The notes under the pieces are model-generated. The model was not told where the DNA came from. It saw only the letters and a list, made by a program, of their open reading frames with translations, and made no database searches. A DNA stretch of 42,873 nt, taken from an uncultured Lachnospiraceae bacterium. Its GTDB lineage: Bacteria > Bacillota > Clostridia > Lachnospirales > Lachnospiraceae. The translations under genes were made by a program, and so were the position numbers. The stretch spans positions 1-42,873 of the forward strand of contig CAMNGO010000001.1 in the NCBI GenBank assembly GCA_946538445.1, in the 5' to 3' direction. Positions 1 through 9,338 of this stretch are shown here, piece after piece. Every line of letters starts with the position of its first letter. Position 1 is the stretch's first letter.

Positions 1-279
1 GCTCTCCGGCAGAATCTGCCCGAAAGCAACTACCACGATCACATCAGGATCCAGTTCTTTCAGGATAGCCACAAATGATTCCTCTCTTACTTTGACAGGT
101 TGATACACCGGTATGTCATGAGCAAGGGCCGTCTTTTTAACCGGAGATGACTGCATGGCCTTTCCCCGTCCCTTGGGTCTGTCCGGCTGTGTGACAACCG
201 CTACCACATCATGCTCCCTGATCAGGCATTCCAGGGTCGGAACGGAAAACTCCGGTGTTCCCATAAAAACAATTCTCAT
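1..279 (-). CDS. fmt: Methionyl-tRNA formyltransferase, 5' part (runs off the window edge)
   Basis: Manual translation [16 protein letters not shown]...[12 protein letters not shown]...VVAFGQILP; its ATG overlaps the def stop (ATGA). Not in the ORF track because it is truncated. Confidence 0.95.
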   Translation of the reverse strand, partial: MRIVFMGTPEFSVPTLECLIREHDVVAVVTQPDRPKGRGKAMQSSPVKKTALAHDIPVYQPVKVREESFVAILKELDPDVIVVVAFGQILPES

Positions 280-761
280 TCTTCTTCAATCTCCTCGTCA
301 TCTTCCAGATCACGGTACGGCTCATTGGCACGCTCCCCATACAGGATACCCTCCAGATGGTCCATCTCATGCTGCATGGCTCTGGCCCGAAGTCCTTCCC
401 CTTCAATGATCACTTCATTCATATCCATATCATAACTTTTTACTTTCACATAATCTGCCCTGGTGACAGAAGCCACTTTACCCGGAACGCTGAGGCAGCC
501 TTCATCATCCGTCTGTTCTCCCGACATCTCCAGAATCTCCGGGTTGATCAGTACAAAGGGATCGCCATCCATCACATCAATCACGCAGATGCGGCGCAGT
601 ACGCCGACCTGGGGAGCGGCAAGACCCACTCCTCTGGACTCATACATGGTATCCCACATATCTTCAATCAAAGTTCTCATACGGTCATTCATCTGCTTCA
701 CCGGTTTGCAAACCTTACCGAGACAGTCTTCTCCGATGAAACGTATCTGTCGTATTGCCAT
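276..761 (-). CDS. def: Peptide deformylase
   Basis: [15 protein letters not shown] and QHEMDHLEG motifs. Confidence 0.97.
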   Translation of the reverse strand: MAIRQIRFIGEDCLGKVCKPVKQMNDRMRTLIEDMWDTMYESRGVGLAAPQVGVLRRICVIDVMDGDPFVLINPEILEMSGEQTDDEGCLSVPGKVASVTRADYVKVKSYDMDMNEVIIEGEGLRARAMQHEMDHLEGILYGERANEPYRDLEDDEEIEEE

Positions 762-830
762 AAAATCCTCCTGCTATCTATCTCTATTAACTGTTTCTAT
801 TAATTAAATAACACAAAATCACAATATAAT

Positions 831-859
831 ATTATATCATCAGTGCACTAACGCGTAAA
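831..859 (-). promoter_or_regulatory. Putative sigma-A promoter for def-fmt
   Basis: TTTACG-17 bp-TATAAT with TG extension on the minus strand. Confidence 0.6.
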
Positions 860-875
860 GTACTATTGCTCTTTA

Positions 876-3128
876 TCAGTAGCTGTTCATGGGGTCGAAA
901 TCATACTGTACACTCACACCGGCAAACAAAGGATGGGTATCGATCACAGCCTGCAGCCTGTCCTTCAGATCGATCAATCTCTCTGCTTCCACATGTTTCA
1001 GATAGATTACCTGACGGTAAGTATCCTTTAATTTAGCCAGGGAAGCCTGTCCGGGATTGAGTACCGATACCGGGTTTTCAATCCCCTTCTGACTCTGCAC
1101 GATCATCTTCTGGATTCTCTGCACTGCCAGGGCAGACTGACTTTCCTCCCCGCTTTGAACCAATATCACCAGCATATGGGACCAGGGCGGATAACGGAGC
1201 ATCTTGCGGTAAGCAGCTTCTTCCTCATAAAATCTCTTATAATCCTGGTCCGCTGCTGCCTGGATGGCATAATGGTCCGGAGAATATGTCTGTATGACCA
1301 CTTCCCCCTGCTTTCTGCCACGGCCTGCCCTGCCGGCAGCCTGGCACAGCAGCTGAAAGGTTCTCTCCCCACTTCGAAAATCATGACTGTGGAGAGACAG
1401 ATCTGCAGCCAGGATCCCCACCAGAGTCACATTTTCATAGTCGTGCCCTTTGACGATCATCTGCGTGCCCAGCAGGATATCCGCCTGACCTTCCCCAAAT
1501 GCTTCCAGCATCTTCTGATGGGAGTGCTTTCTTCTGGTGGTATCCATATCCATGCGCAGTACTCTCACACCGGGAAACTCTTCCAGCAAAGCTGCTTCCA
1601 CCTTCTCTGTGCCAAGCCCGAAGGCTGCCACGTGAGGACGTCTGCATACCGGACATTCTCTGGAGTAAGGTCTGGAGAAGCCACAATAATGGCACCGTAA
1701 TGTCCCGTCCCGATGATAGGTCAGGGAGATATCGCAATGGGGGCATTTTATCACGGTACCGCACGCCCTGCAGGAGACGAATCCTGCAAAACCGCGGCGA
1801 TTCAAAAACAGCATGATCTGTTCTTTTCTCTCCATCCGCTCCTGGATCTTCTCCCGGAGACTTGCACTGAACATGGACCGGTTCCCCTGATGGAATTCTT
1901 CCTTCAGGTCCACGATGGATACCTTGGGGAGAACTGCATCACCTCCACGTTTATTTAAGGTCCATAGAGTGTACTCCCCCCGCTGTGCCCGGGTGTAAGA
2001 CTCCATGGATGGGGTGGCGGATCCCAGCACCACGCTGGCTTCGTTCATCCCGGCCCGGAATATGGCTGTCTCCCTGGCATGATATTTGGGGGTGCTGTCA
2101 CTTTTATAGGCCCCGTCATGCTCCTCATCAATCACGATGAGGCCAAGATTTCCGGTGGGGGCAAAAAGGGCAGAGCGGGGGCCGATCACAATATTGGCCT
2201 CCCCCTGTTCGATTCTCATATATGAGTCTGACTTTTCTCCCTGGGACATTCTGGAGTGGATCACCGCAATCTGCTCCCCAAAACGTTCATAAAACCGTCT
2301 CACAGTCTGAAATGTCAGGGAAATCTCCGGTATGAGCACGATGGCCTGTTTTCCCATGCCCAGAACCACATCGATCAAAGCCATATAGACTTCTGTCTTC
2401 CCGCTGCCGGTGACCCCGTGAAGCAGATAAGTCTTGTGTTCACCCGCCTCATAGTCCCTGGTGAATTCCTGAAGGATGGCAGACTGGTCCCGGTTGAGGG
2501 GAATCCTCTCCTCTTTCTTCTGTAAAGAAGAGAAGGGATTGCGGTACTGAATCCTGTTCTGTACAGTGATGATCCCCTTTTCCTCCAATTTTGTCAGGTC
2601 TTTCCGGGTAATCGATCCGATTTTCTTTATCTCATCCCCGCCGAGTGTATGGTCGGGATTCTGCAGAAGAGCAGCCAGAAAACGGCTTCTTGCCCGGTAA
2701 TTCTTTTTCTCCCACTGCTTCAGCAGCTCTTCACCCTCGGGGATAGTCAGTCGGAGAGCGACCTCTGTCTTCTTCTTTTTGGTCACAGTCTTCTTTACGG
2801 GCATGACCGTCTTCAGGGCCTGATACATGGAGGACCCATAACGGTCTTTCAGAAAAGCAGCCAGCCGGATCATCTGTGATTCCACGGCCAGGGACCTGGG
2901 GGAGAGGGCCAGGATCTCTTTGATCAGCTCCTCCGGATAATCCGCAGTTTCAGACAGAGAGATCACATATCCTTCTCTCACCTGATTTCCTTTGCCAAAG
3001 GGTATCTGTACCCTGACTCCCGGTTTGATTTCTCCTTGTAATGAAAAAGGCACTCTGTACTGAAATACCTTATCGAGTGCCTCATGAGAAATGTCTATAA
3101 TTACGTCTGCGTATTTTTTCGTCATCAT
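876..3128 (-). CDS. priA: Primosomal protein N' (replication restart helicase)
   Basis: GVTGSGKT Walker A, DEEH, four CxxC pairs, QAAGRAGR. Confidence 0.97.
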   Translation of the reverse strand: MMTKKYADVIIDISHEALDKVFQYRVPFSLQGEIKPGVRVQIPFGKGNQVREGYVISLSETADYPEELIKEILALSPRSLAVESQMIRLAAFLKDRYGSSMYQALKTVMPVKKTVTKKKKTEVALRLTIPEGEELLKQWEKKNYRARSRFLAALLQNPDHTLGGDEIKKIGSITRKDLTKLEEKGIITVQNRIQYRNPFSSLQKKEERIPLNRDQSAILQEFTRDYEAGEHKTYLLHGVTGSGKTEVYMALIDVVLGMGKQAIVLIPEISLTFQTVRRFYERFGEQIAVIHSRMSQGEKSDSYMRIEQGEANIVIGPRSALFAPTGNLGLIVIDEEHDGAYKSDSTPKYHARETAIFRAGMNEASVVLGSATPSMESYTRAQRGEYTLWTLNKRGGDAVLPKVSIVDLKEEFHQGNRSMFSASLREKIQERMERKEQIMLFLNRRGFAGFVSCRACGTVIKCPHCDISLTYHRDGTLRCHYCGFSRPYSRECPVCRRPHVAAFGLGTEKVEAALLEEFPGVRVLRMDMDTTRRKHSHQKMLEAFGEGQADILLGTQMIVKGHDYENVTLVGILAADLSLHSHDFRSGERTFQLLCQAAGRAGRGRKQGEVVIQTYSPDHYAIQAAADQDYKRFYEEEAAYRKMLRYPPWSHMLVILVQSGEESQSALAVQRIQKMIVQSQKGIENPVSVLNPGQASLAKLKDTYRQVIYLKHVEAERLIDLKDRLQAVIDTHPLFAGVSVQYDFDPMNSY

Positions 3129-3136
3129 ACTCCCGT

Positions 3137-4609
3137 CTAATACTTTCCGGACAGAACATCCTGAACGATTTCTTCTTCGCTCATGTGATATTTCACGCCT
3201 TTGATCTCCTGGTAAGTTTCATGACCCTTTCCGGCAAGGATAATGATGTCTCCCGGCTTCCCGTGATTCATCACATAGGAGATGGCCTCCCTGCGGTCAA
3301 TGATGGATATATATTTTCCATCGGTCTTCTCCATCCCGCTTATGATATCATCAATGATTGCCTGAGGTTCTTCGTTTCGGGGATTATCCGAGGTGATCAC
3401 AGTGAGATCCGCAAGCTTTCCGGAGACTTCCCCCATCTCATAGCGTCGGGATTTGTCACGGTTACCACCGCATCCAAAGAGACTGATCAGCCGGTCTGGA
3501 TGATACTCCCGCAGCGTGTTCAGTATGCTCTCCAGGGCCATGGCATTGTGGGCGTAATCGATGATCAGTGTGTATTCATAACCGGTGGGAACGATCTGAA
3601 CTCTTCCTTTCACGGTGAAATGTTTCAGTGCCTGATTGATCTGACTTAGGCTGATGCCAAAGGCCAGGGCGACGCTTATGGCTCCCAGTGCATTATGTAC
3701 ATTAAAGACTCCGGGGACACCGCAGCTGATCTCGCCTTCTGCATCTCCGCTGATGCGGAAATCCACACCGAGGAAATCCGTATCCCTGGTCAGGTGGATA
3801 TCCGTTGCCCGCAAGTCCGCCCCTTCCTTTGTGCCAAAGGTCCGAATGGGACAGAGGGCATTCTTTGTGATCTCTTCAAAATGCGGGTCATCCAGATTGG
3901 CAAATCCCTGTCTGGACTGCCGGAAAAGCATGGCTTTACATGCCATGTATTCTTCAAAATTCTCATGTTCGTTCGGCCCGATATGATCCGGAGAGAGATT
4001 GGTGAACAGGCCGTAATCGAATTCGATACCTGCAGTACGATTCAGCTTAAAGCCCTGGGAAGAAGCCTCCATAACAACACATTGGCATCCTGCATCCACC
4101 ATCTGTCTGAAATAGCGGTGAATGTCATAGGATTCCGGAGTGGTATTGTTTACAGAGATATGCTCATCTCCGATGACAACCTCTATGGTCCCGATCACAC
4201 CGGTCTTCAGACCGATGGATTCCAGAAGGTCATGAATCATATAAGTGGTTGTGGTCTTTCCCTTGGTTCCGGTGACAGCTATGGTTTTCAGCTCCCGTGC
4301 AGGATAACCGAACCATGCAGCAGAGATCAGGGCCATAGCCTTTCTGGTGTCTTCCACCTGAATGACCGTCACGCTCTCCGGGGCATCCACCCGGTCCTGG
4401 ACTACCAGAACCGACGCACCGGCATCTGCTGCCTCGGAGGCAAATTTATGACCATCGAAGGAGGCACCCTTGATACAAAGAAAAAGGCAGCCCTTTTCCA
4501 GTTTACGGCTGTCGTTCACAACCGCAGTCACATCCACAGAGAGGTCTCCCTGCAGACAAGTGTATTCCAATTGATTTAATAATGAACTTAAAATCATAAT
4601 ATCTCCCAT
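3137..4609 (-). CDS. murE: UDP-N-acetylmuramoyl-L-alanyl-D-glutamate--meso-diaminopimelate ligase
   Basis: GTKGKTT P-loop, TTPES, DYAHN, DNPR (meso-DAP specificity motif), AGKGHETYQ. Confidence 0.93.
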   Translation of the reverse strand: MGDIMILSSLLNQLEYTCLQGDLSVDVTAVVNDSRKLEKGCLFLCIKGASFDGHKFASEAADAGASVLVVQDRVDAPESVTVIQVEDTRKAMALISAAWFGYPARELKTIAVTGTKGKTTTTYMIHDLLESIGLKTGVIGTIEVVIGDEHISVNNTTPESYDIHRYFRQMVDAGCQCVVMEASSQGFKLNRTAGIEFDYGLFTNLSPDHIGPNEHENFEEYMACKAMLFRQSRQGFANLDDPHFEEITKNALCPIRTFGTKEGADLRATDIHLTRDTDFLGVDFRISGDAEGEISCGVPGVFNVHNALGAISVALAFGISLSQINQALKHFTVKGRVQIVPTGYEYTLIIDYAHNAMALESILNTLREYHPDRLISLFGCGGNRDKSRRYEMGEVSGKLADLTVITSDNPRNEEPQAIIDDIISGMEKTDGKYISIIDRREAISYVMNHGKPGDIIILAGKGHETYQEIKGVKYHMSEEEIVQDVLSGKY

Positions 4610-4648
4610 CTGAATTAAAGTTATATGCAGTGATATCCTTGTGTATTG

Positions 4649-4685
4649 AAAAAGAATGCAATCAGTCGGAAAACGGCTGATTGCA
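4649..4685 (-). terminator. Intrinsic terminator after rpoZ
   Basis: TGCAATCAGCCG/CGACTGATTGCA stem followed by TTCTTTTT on the minus strand. Confidence 0.7.
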
Positions 4686-4698
4686 GTATGATGATCGG

Positions 4699-4977
4699 TT
4701 ATTCTTCTTCAAATTCTTCTGTCTCTCCCTCGAAAACGAGTTCATCATCTTCTTCCTGTTCCGGAAGGATGACAATCTTATTCTCATTTAACTCTTCGAC
4801 AGCAATAGATAATGCCTTATCGTTCTCTTTGGCATCCACCATGGGGGCCTTGCCGGAGATGAGTTCCCTGGCTCTCTTGGATGTGGCAATCACGATGGAA
4901 TACCTGCTGTCCACATTTGGAATATCTTCATTCTCTCTGATTTTCTCTAAAATCTCGGTATAGGATGGATGTAACAT
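4699..4977 (-). CDS. rpoZ: RNA polymerase omega subunit
   Basis: MLHPSY...SRYSIVIATSKRARE; follows gmk; start moved to the ATG at 4977 after an AAAGGAG RBS. Confidence 0.93.
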   Translation of the reverse strand: MLHPSYTEILEKIRENEDIPNVDSRYSIVIATSKRARELISGKAPMVDAKENDKALSIAVEELNENKIVILPEQEEDDELVFEGETEEFEEE

Positions 4978-5021
4978 GGTTTCTCCTTTCAGTACTGACA
5001 ATTCTATAACTAATCTGTGGT

Positions 5022-5648
5022 TTATCTATAATCTGTCAACTCTTCTTTTAATGTGTGGATGAAGTTCTTCTGATTCGAGACAAGCAGATTTCTGCTCTCT
5101 ACGATATGGTGGATCCGGTCCGCACACTCCTCCACTTTTCCATTTTCATTGCAGACAATGTATTCATATTGATCAATATATCCGGACTCTCTCACGGCGG
5201 TCTGCAGTCTTGCGCGGATCACATCCTCCTCTTCCGTCCCCCTGCCTGTCAGGCGGTCCTTCAGCTCCTCTACAGAAGGCGCTGTGATAAAGATGAGAAT
5301 CGCATCCGGATACTGTTTCTTTACTGCTATAGCTCCCTGCACCTCGATCTCAAGAATCACACTGTGATTGAGGGATAGCTTCTCTTCCACATAGGCTCTG
5401 GGAGTTCCATAATAGTTATCTACATAAGTTGCGTATTCAATGAAGCCATCCTTCTCTACGGAAGCCAGAAACTCTTCCTTGTCCAGAAAGAAGTACTCTC
5501 TTCCATGTACCTCTCCTTCTCTGGGGCTTCTGGTGGTGGCAGATACGGAAAGCGCATAGCCGTATTTCTCTACAAGCATTTTTGAAACCTTACCTTTTCC
5601 CACGCCCGAGAAACCGGACAGAACAATAAGATTCCCTTTTTTATCCAT
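5022..5648 (-). CDS. gmk: Guanylate kinase
   Basis: SGFSGVGKG, SATTRSPREGEVHGREYFF, YYGTP. Confidence 0.96.
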   Translation of the reverse strand: MDKKGNLIVLSGFSGVGKGKVSKMLVEKYGYALSVSATTRSPREGEVHGREYFFLDKEEFLASVEKDGFIEYATYVDNYYGTPRAYVEEKLSLNHSVILEIEVQGAIAVKKQYPDAILIFITAPSVEELKDRLTGRGTEEEDVIRARLQTAVRESGYIDQYEYIVCNENGKVEECADRIHHIVESRNLLVSNQKNFIHTLKEELTDYR

Positions 5649-5690
5649 ATTCTTCTTCCTCTTTTCAATCTGTTTTTCAGCCTGGCTCCC

Positions 5691-5951
5691 CTAGATAAGA
5701 GAGGAGTCGGACTCCATCTGATTACATCTGCTTGTGATGGTGTCTGTGGTCAGAGCGGACAATACCACATGACCGCTTTCAAGGATCACTGCGGTCTTGG
5801 TTTTTCGTCCACAGGTTGCGTCCACCGCCCTGCCTTCGTCCCGGGCATTCTGAATCAGCCTCCGGACGGGAGCTGCTTCGGTGCTCACCATAGATACGAT
5901 CTTTTCACTGTTCACCACATTCCCAAAACCAACATTCACAAAGGATGCCAT
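5691..5951 (-). CDS. remA: RemA/DUF370 family protein
   Basis: NVGFGNVV and DATCGRKT motifs; conserved position between yicC and gmk. Confidence 0.88.
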   Translation of the reverse strand: MASFVNVGFGNVVNSEKIVSMVSTEAAPVRRLIQNARDEGRAVDATCGRKTKTAVILESGHVVLSALTTDTITSRCNQMESDSSLI

Positions 5952-5971
5952 AATAAACTCCCGGTCTGTTT

Positions 5972-6850
5972 TTACTCAATATTCTGAACCTGTTCCCGGA
6001 TCTTCTCAATATCCGTCTTCAGGTCAATCGCCACATTGGATATGGTAATGTCATTACACTTCGACAGGATAGTATTTGCTTCGCGGTTCATCTCCTGGGC
6101 AATGAAATCCAGCTTTCTCCCGATGCCGCCCCCTGAAAGAAGTTCTCCTCTCATGGCGGAAATATGGCTTCTCAGTCGTACCGTCTCCTCATCCACAGCG
6201 ATCTTGTCCGCATAGATCACCACTTCTGTGGCAACTCTGGACTCATCGATATTGGCATCCGTGAGCAGGTCATGTACTTTGGTCTCAAGTTTTTTGCGAT
6301 AGTCACTGACCATCTGAGGATATCTCTGTTCCACGACGGTGATCTTCTCATCCATACCATCCAGCTTGGACAGAATGTCATCAAGAAGGTTCTTCCCCTC
6401 CAGGATCCGACTCTGTGTAAACTGTTCCAGGGCAAGACCGATGGCTTCCATCAGCACAAGGCGAACGTTGTCCTGGTTGATCTCACTTTCCTCCAGAGAC
6501 AGCACTTCCGGGAAACGGGAGATCCGATAGGCAGAGACGTCATTTGGGATATCCAGACTGGCGGACAATCTGTTGATCGCCTCATAATATCCCCGGGCCA
6601 ATTCCTCGTGGAGACATACCTGGCTGCTGCGGTCTGCCAGATCTTCATAGGTTATAAAGATGTCGATCTTTCCCCTCAGAATCTCCTTCTTCAGATAATT
6701 CCTGACCTCTTGTTCCAGAAAACTTAATTTGCGGGGTATCTTCACATTGATGTCGCTGTATCTGTGGTTGACCGCTTTCATCTCCACAACGATCTTCAGA
6801 TCCTGCGCGATATATTCTCCTCGGCCGAAGCCTGTCATACTTTTAATCAT
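5972..6850 (-). CDS. yicC: YicC/YloC family endoribonuclease
   Basis: MIKSMTGFGR N-terminus; GRKLDFIAQEMNREANTILSK...EKIREQVQNIE C-terminus. Confidence 0.95.
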   Translation of the reverse strand: MIKSMTGFGRGEYIAQDLKIVVEMKAVNHRYSDINVKIPRKLSFLEQEVRNYLKKEILRGKIDIFITYEDLADRSSQVCLHEELARGYYEAINRLSASLDIPNDVSAYRISRFPEVLSLEESEINQDNVRLVLMEAIGLALEQFTQSRILEGKNLLDDILSKLDGMDEKITVVEQRYPQMVSDYRKKLETKVHDLLTDANIDESRVATEVVIYADKIAVDEETVRLRSHISAMRGELLSGGGIGRKLDFIAQEMNREANTILSKCNDITISNVAIDLKTDIEKIREQVQNIE

Positions 6851-6933
6851 GATTATTCACCTGCATCTGCTCTTCTTCGGCAGACCCTGTTTCACAAATA
6901 GGTAACTTTCAATAGTTACAAATTACCGAACTT

Positions 6934-6962
6934 ATTATAAAAGAAAATACTATATTCGTCAA
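6934..6962 (-). promoter_or_regulatory. Putative sigma-A promoter for yicC-remA-gmk-rpoZ
   Basis: TTGACG-17 bp-TATAAT. Confidence 0.7.
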
Positions 6963-7504
6963 CTCTTGGAAGGCTCCCTGTCCCGGAGATCCCTCTGCAG
7001 GGTCTCCAGATAATGAAGATGAAATACCGTTTTGGAAGGGACAAAATAATCCGGATCTAATTCAGAATACTTAAAATGCTTCAGTCCTCCGTCCTTCATC
7101 CGCTCATAAAAAATCAGAAACTCTTTCAATCTGAGATAATAGCATTTCTGACGGTGTGTAAAATACAGGAGGAAAAAGGCGATACCGCCTTGCTGCTCAT
7201 AATCACTCATAAAGCGGATCTGGTGTTCGTGAAAATTCTGCATGGGAAAAGAATCCACCGCACACTCTTTGGCATCAAAGCATACCGGGATTCCCTGGAC
7301 AACCCCCATATAATCCACGGTAGATCTCTGGTCAAAGTAGGCCAGCGTGATGTGTCTGGAGGCCTTGTCAAACCGTACCGGGGTGATGGGAGTAGGAATC
7401 TTCTGAATCAGGGCCAGTTTCCTCTCTCTGTATTTTTCATTGGTATAATTGATCATTTCCTCGAGGACAGATCCCCGCAATCCTCTGGAATTCCATGTTC
7501 CCAT
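6959..7504 (-). CDS. recU: Holliday junction resolvase RecU
   Basis: RGSVLEE, QKIPTPI, STVDY-G, FDAKE, HEHQ motifs. Confidence 0.92.
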   Translation of the reverse strand: MGTWNSRGLRGSVLEEMINYTNEKYRERKLALIQKIPTPITPVRFDKASRHITLAYFDQRSTVDYMGVVQGIPVCFDAKECAVDSFPMQNFHEHQIRFMSDYEQQGGIAFFLLYFTHRQKCYYLRLKEFLIFYERMKDGGLKHFKYSELDPDYFVPSKTVFHLHYLETLQRDLRDREPSKS

Positions 7505-7530
7505 ATATGTATCCTTCCTTTATGTACTCC

Positions 7531-8547
7531 TCAACGGATATCCATGTCATAATAATCAAGCACCCGGCGGAATACATCCGGCATCCGGTCGGTAATCACC
7601 AGACCGTCATAATGCTTGTCAAAGTCAATTTCATAAGCATGAAGCATCTGATAGGAGATATCCAGCTCCTTCTTCATCTTTCGGTTTATTTCTTTGTCCC
7701 CGTATTTGGGATCCCCAAGGATCGGGTATCCTTCCGCTGCAAGATGGGCCCGGATCTGATGACTCTTTCCGGTGATAAGGCGGATCTTTAACAAAGTGAC
7801 ATGATCCCCTGCTTTCAGCACATGGTATTCTGTCTCGATGGGCACGGAGCCCTCCCTGGGCATTTCGGAAAACAAAGCTTTATTCTTCTTTTCGTCTTTG
7901 GTCAGATAGCCTTTGATCAGACAGGACCTGGGGACAGTGCCGGCCACCAGGGCCAGATAATACTTTGACAGGTCGCGTTCCTTTAATATCCTGGAGAGGA
8001 ACTGCAGTCCTTTTGTGGAAATACCGCAAAGGACAATTCCACTGGTGTTGCGATCCAGCCGGTTGGCCACGGAGGGTCGAAAATGTTCCATGGCTTCCTG
8101 GGACAGCCAGCCTTGATCTCTGCACAGATCCAGCAGATAATCATTGAGAGAGTCATCCTCCGGCACAGATTTCTGACTCAGCATCCCTGCCGGTTTATGC
8201 AGTATTACGATATCGTCATCTTTAAAAAGGATCTCAACTTTACTCCGAAGGAAGACCTGTTCCCTCGTCAGTTTCCGTCGGTGTGATTTATCTTTATTCC
8301 TGCCTCCCGGATTGGATGGGGAGGGCCGGAATGAAAACTTCTCGAAAGTTTCGTCGGAAAAGAATATCTGAATACGGTCTCCGGCTTGTATCGTCTCGGA
8401 GCCCACCGCTCTTTTCCCGTTTAATTTAATATTCTTTTTCCGAAGCATCTTGTGCAAAAAGCCGCCGGATGCATTAGGAAGACATTTCCCCAGAAAACGA
8501 TCCAGTCTTTGTCCTTCCTCCACCCTGCTAACAGAAATCTCTTTCAT
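7531..8547 (-). CDS. RluA/RluC-family 23S rRNA pseudouridine synthase with S4 domain
   Basis: QRLDRFL S4 start, KPAG, catalytic NRLD, TGKSHQIRAH, GDPKYG; start may be 8556. Confidence 0.92.
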   Translation of the reverse strand: MKEISVSRVEEGQRLDRFLGKCLPNASGGFLHKMLRKKNIKLNGKRAVGSETIQAGDRIQIFFSDETFEKFSFRPSPSNPGGRNKDKSHRRKLTREQVFLRSKVEILFKDDDIVILHKPAGMLSQKSVPEDDSLNDYLLDLCRDQGWLSQEAMEHFRPSVANRLDRNTSGIVLCGISTKGLQFLSRILKERDLSKYYLALVAGTVPRSCLIKGYLTKDEKKNKALFSEMPREGSVPIETEYHVLKAGDHVTLLKIRLITGKSHQIRAHLAAEGYPILGDPKYGDKEINRKMKKELDISYQMLHAYEIDFDKHYDGLVITDRMPDVFRRVLDYYDMDIR

Positions 8548-8572
8548 ACGATACATCCTCCGGTACTAACCT

Positions 8573-9328
8573 TCAGTGCCCCATAAACCTAAGAAAGCAG
8601 GTGTGGGGAATGATCTTTGCCGCAATCCGGAACAGCTTCATAGGAAGGCTGTACACGGATATCTCCCGGTTCTTATTATTGTCTTTCCACGCTTTTTTTA
8701 CCACTGCATCCGCTTCTGCCATCACCATTCTCTTATATGCGGGAAGGGGACGGTCCGCAGCTGCCCGATTGAAAAATTCCGTGTTCACAGCCCCCGGACA
8801 GACCGCTGTTATCCTGAGATCACGGTGACTGCACTCGGCCCGCAAGGCACGGACATAGCTTAATACAAATGCTTTACTTGCCGCATACACTGCAAATCCC
8901 GGTTGTGGAAGAAAAGCTGCGGAGGAAGCAAAATAGATCATCTGTCCTCCTTCTGCCATATAGGGCAGGATATAGCTTGTCAGGCTGACACAGGATTTTA
9001 CATTGGTATCTACCATCTCCTCCATCTCTTCCACGGGAATCTCATCGATCCTTCCCATGATCCCGAAACCTGCGGCATGGACGAAGATCCTAACCTCAGG
9101 CTTTTCCTGTTCAAGAAGCCTGCCAAAGGATTCCATTTCCTCCCTGACGGTAAGATCAATGGGAACAAGGCGGAATCTGGTCCCGGGAAACCTCTTCTGC
9201 ATAGAGATAAGACGTTCCTTTCTACGTCCCAGGATCCATATTTCATCCAAAGTTACTTTGGTTCTTATCATAAGTTTTACCATCTCGCTCCCCATTCCGG
9301 AGCTGGCACCTGTCACGATCGCGATCAT
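8573..9328 (-). CDS. SDR family NAD(P)-dependent oxidoreductase
   Basis: TGASSGMG Rossmann motif, YAASK catalytic motif, CPG. Confidence 0.9.
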   Translation of the reverse strand: MIAIVTGASSGMGSEMVKLMIRTKVTLDEIWILGRRKERLISMQKRFPGTRFRLVPIDLTVREEMESFGRLLEQEKPEVRIFVHAAGFGIMGRIDEIPVEEMEEMVDTNVKSCVSLTSYILPYMAEGGQMIYFASSAAFLPQPGFAVYAASKAFVLSYVRALRAECSHRDLRITAVCPGAVNTEFFNRAAADRPLPAYKRMVMAEADAVVKKAWKDNNKNREISVYSLPMKLFRIAAKIIPHTCFLRFMGH

Positions 9329-9338
9329 CTTTTTATCC

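Noticed and set aside
3695-4579. 294-aa plus-strand ORF
   Set aside because: Antisense shadow of murE with no recognisable motifs.
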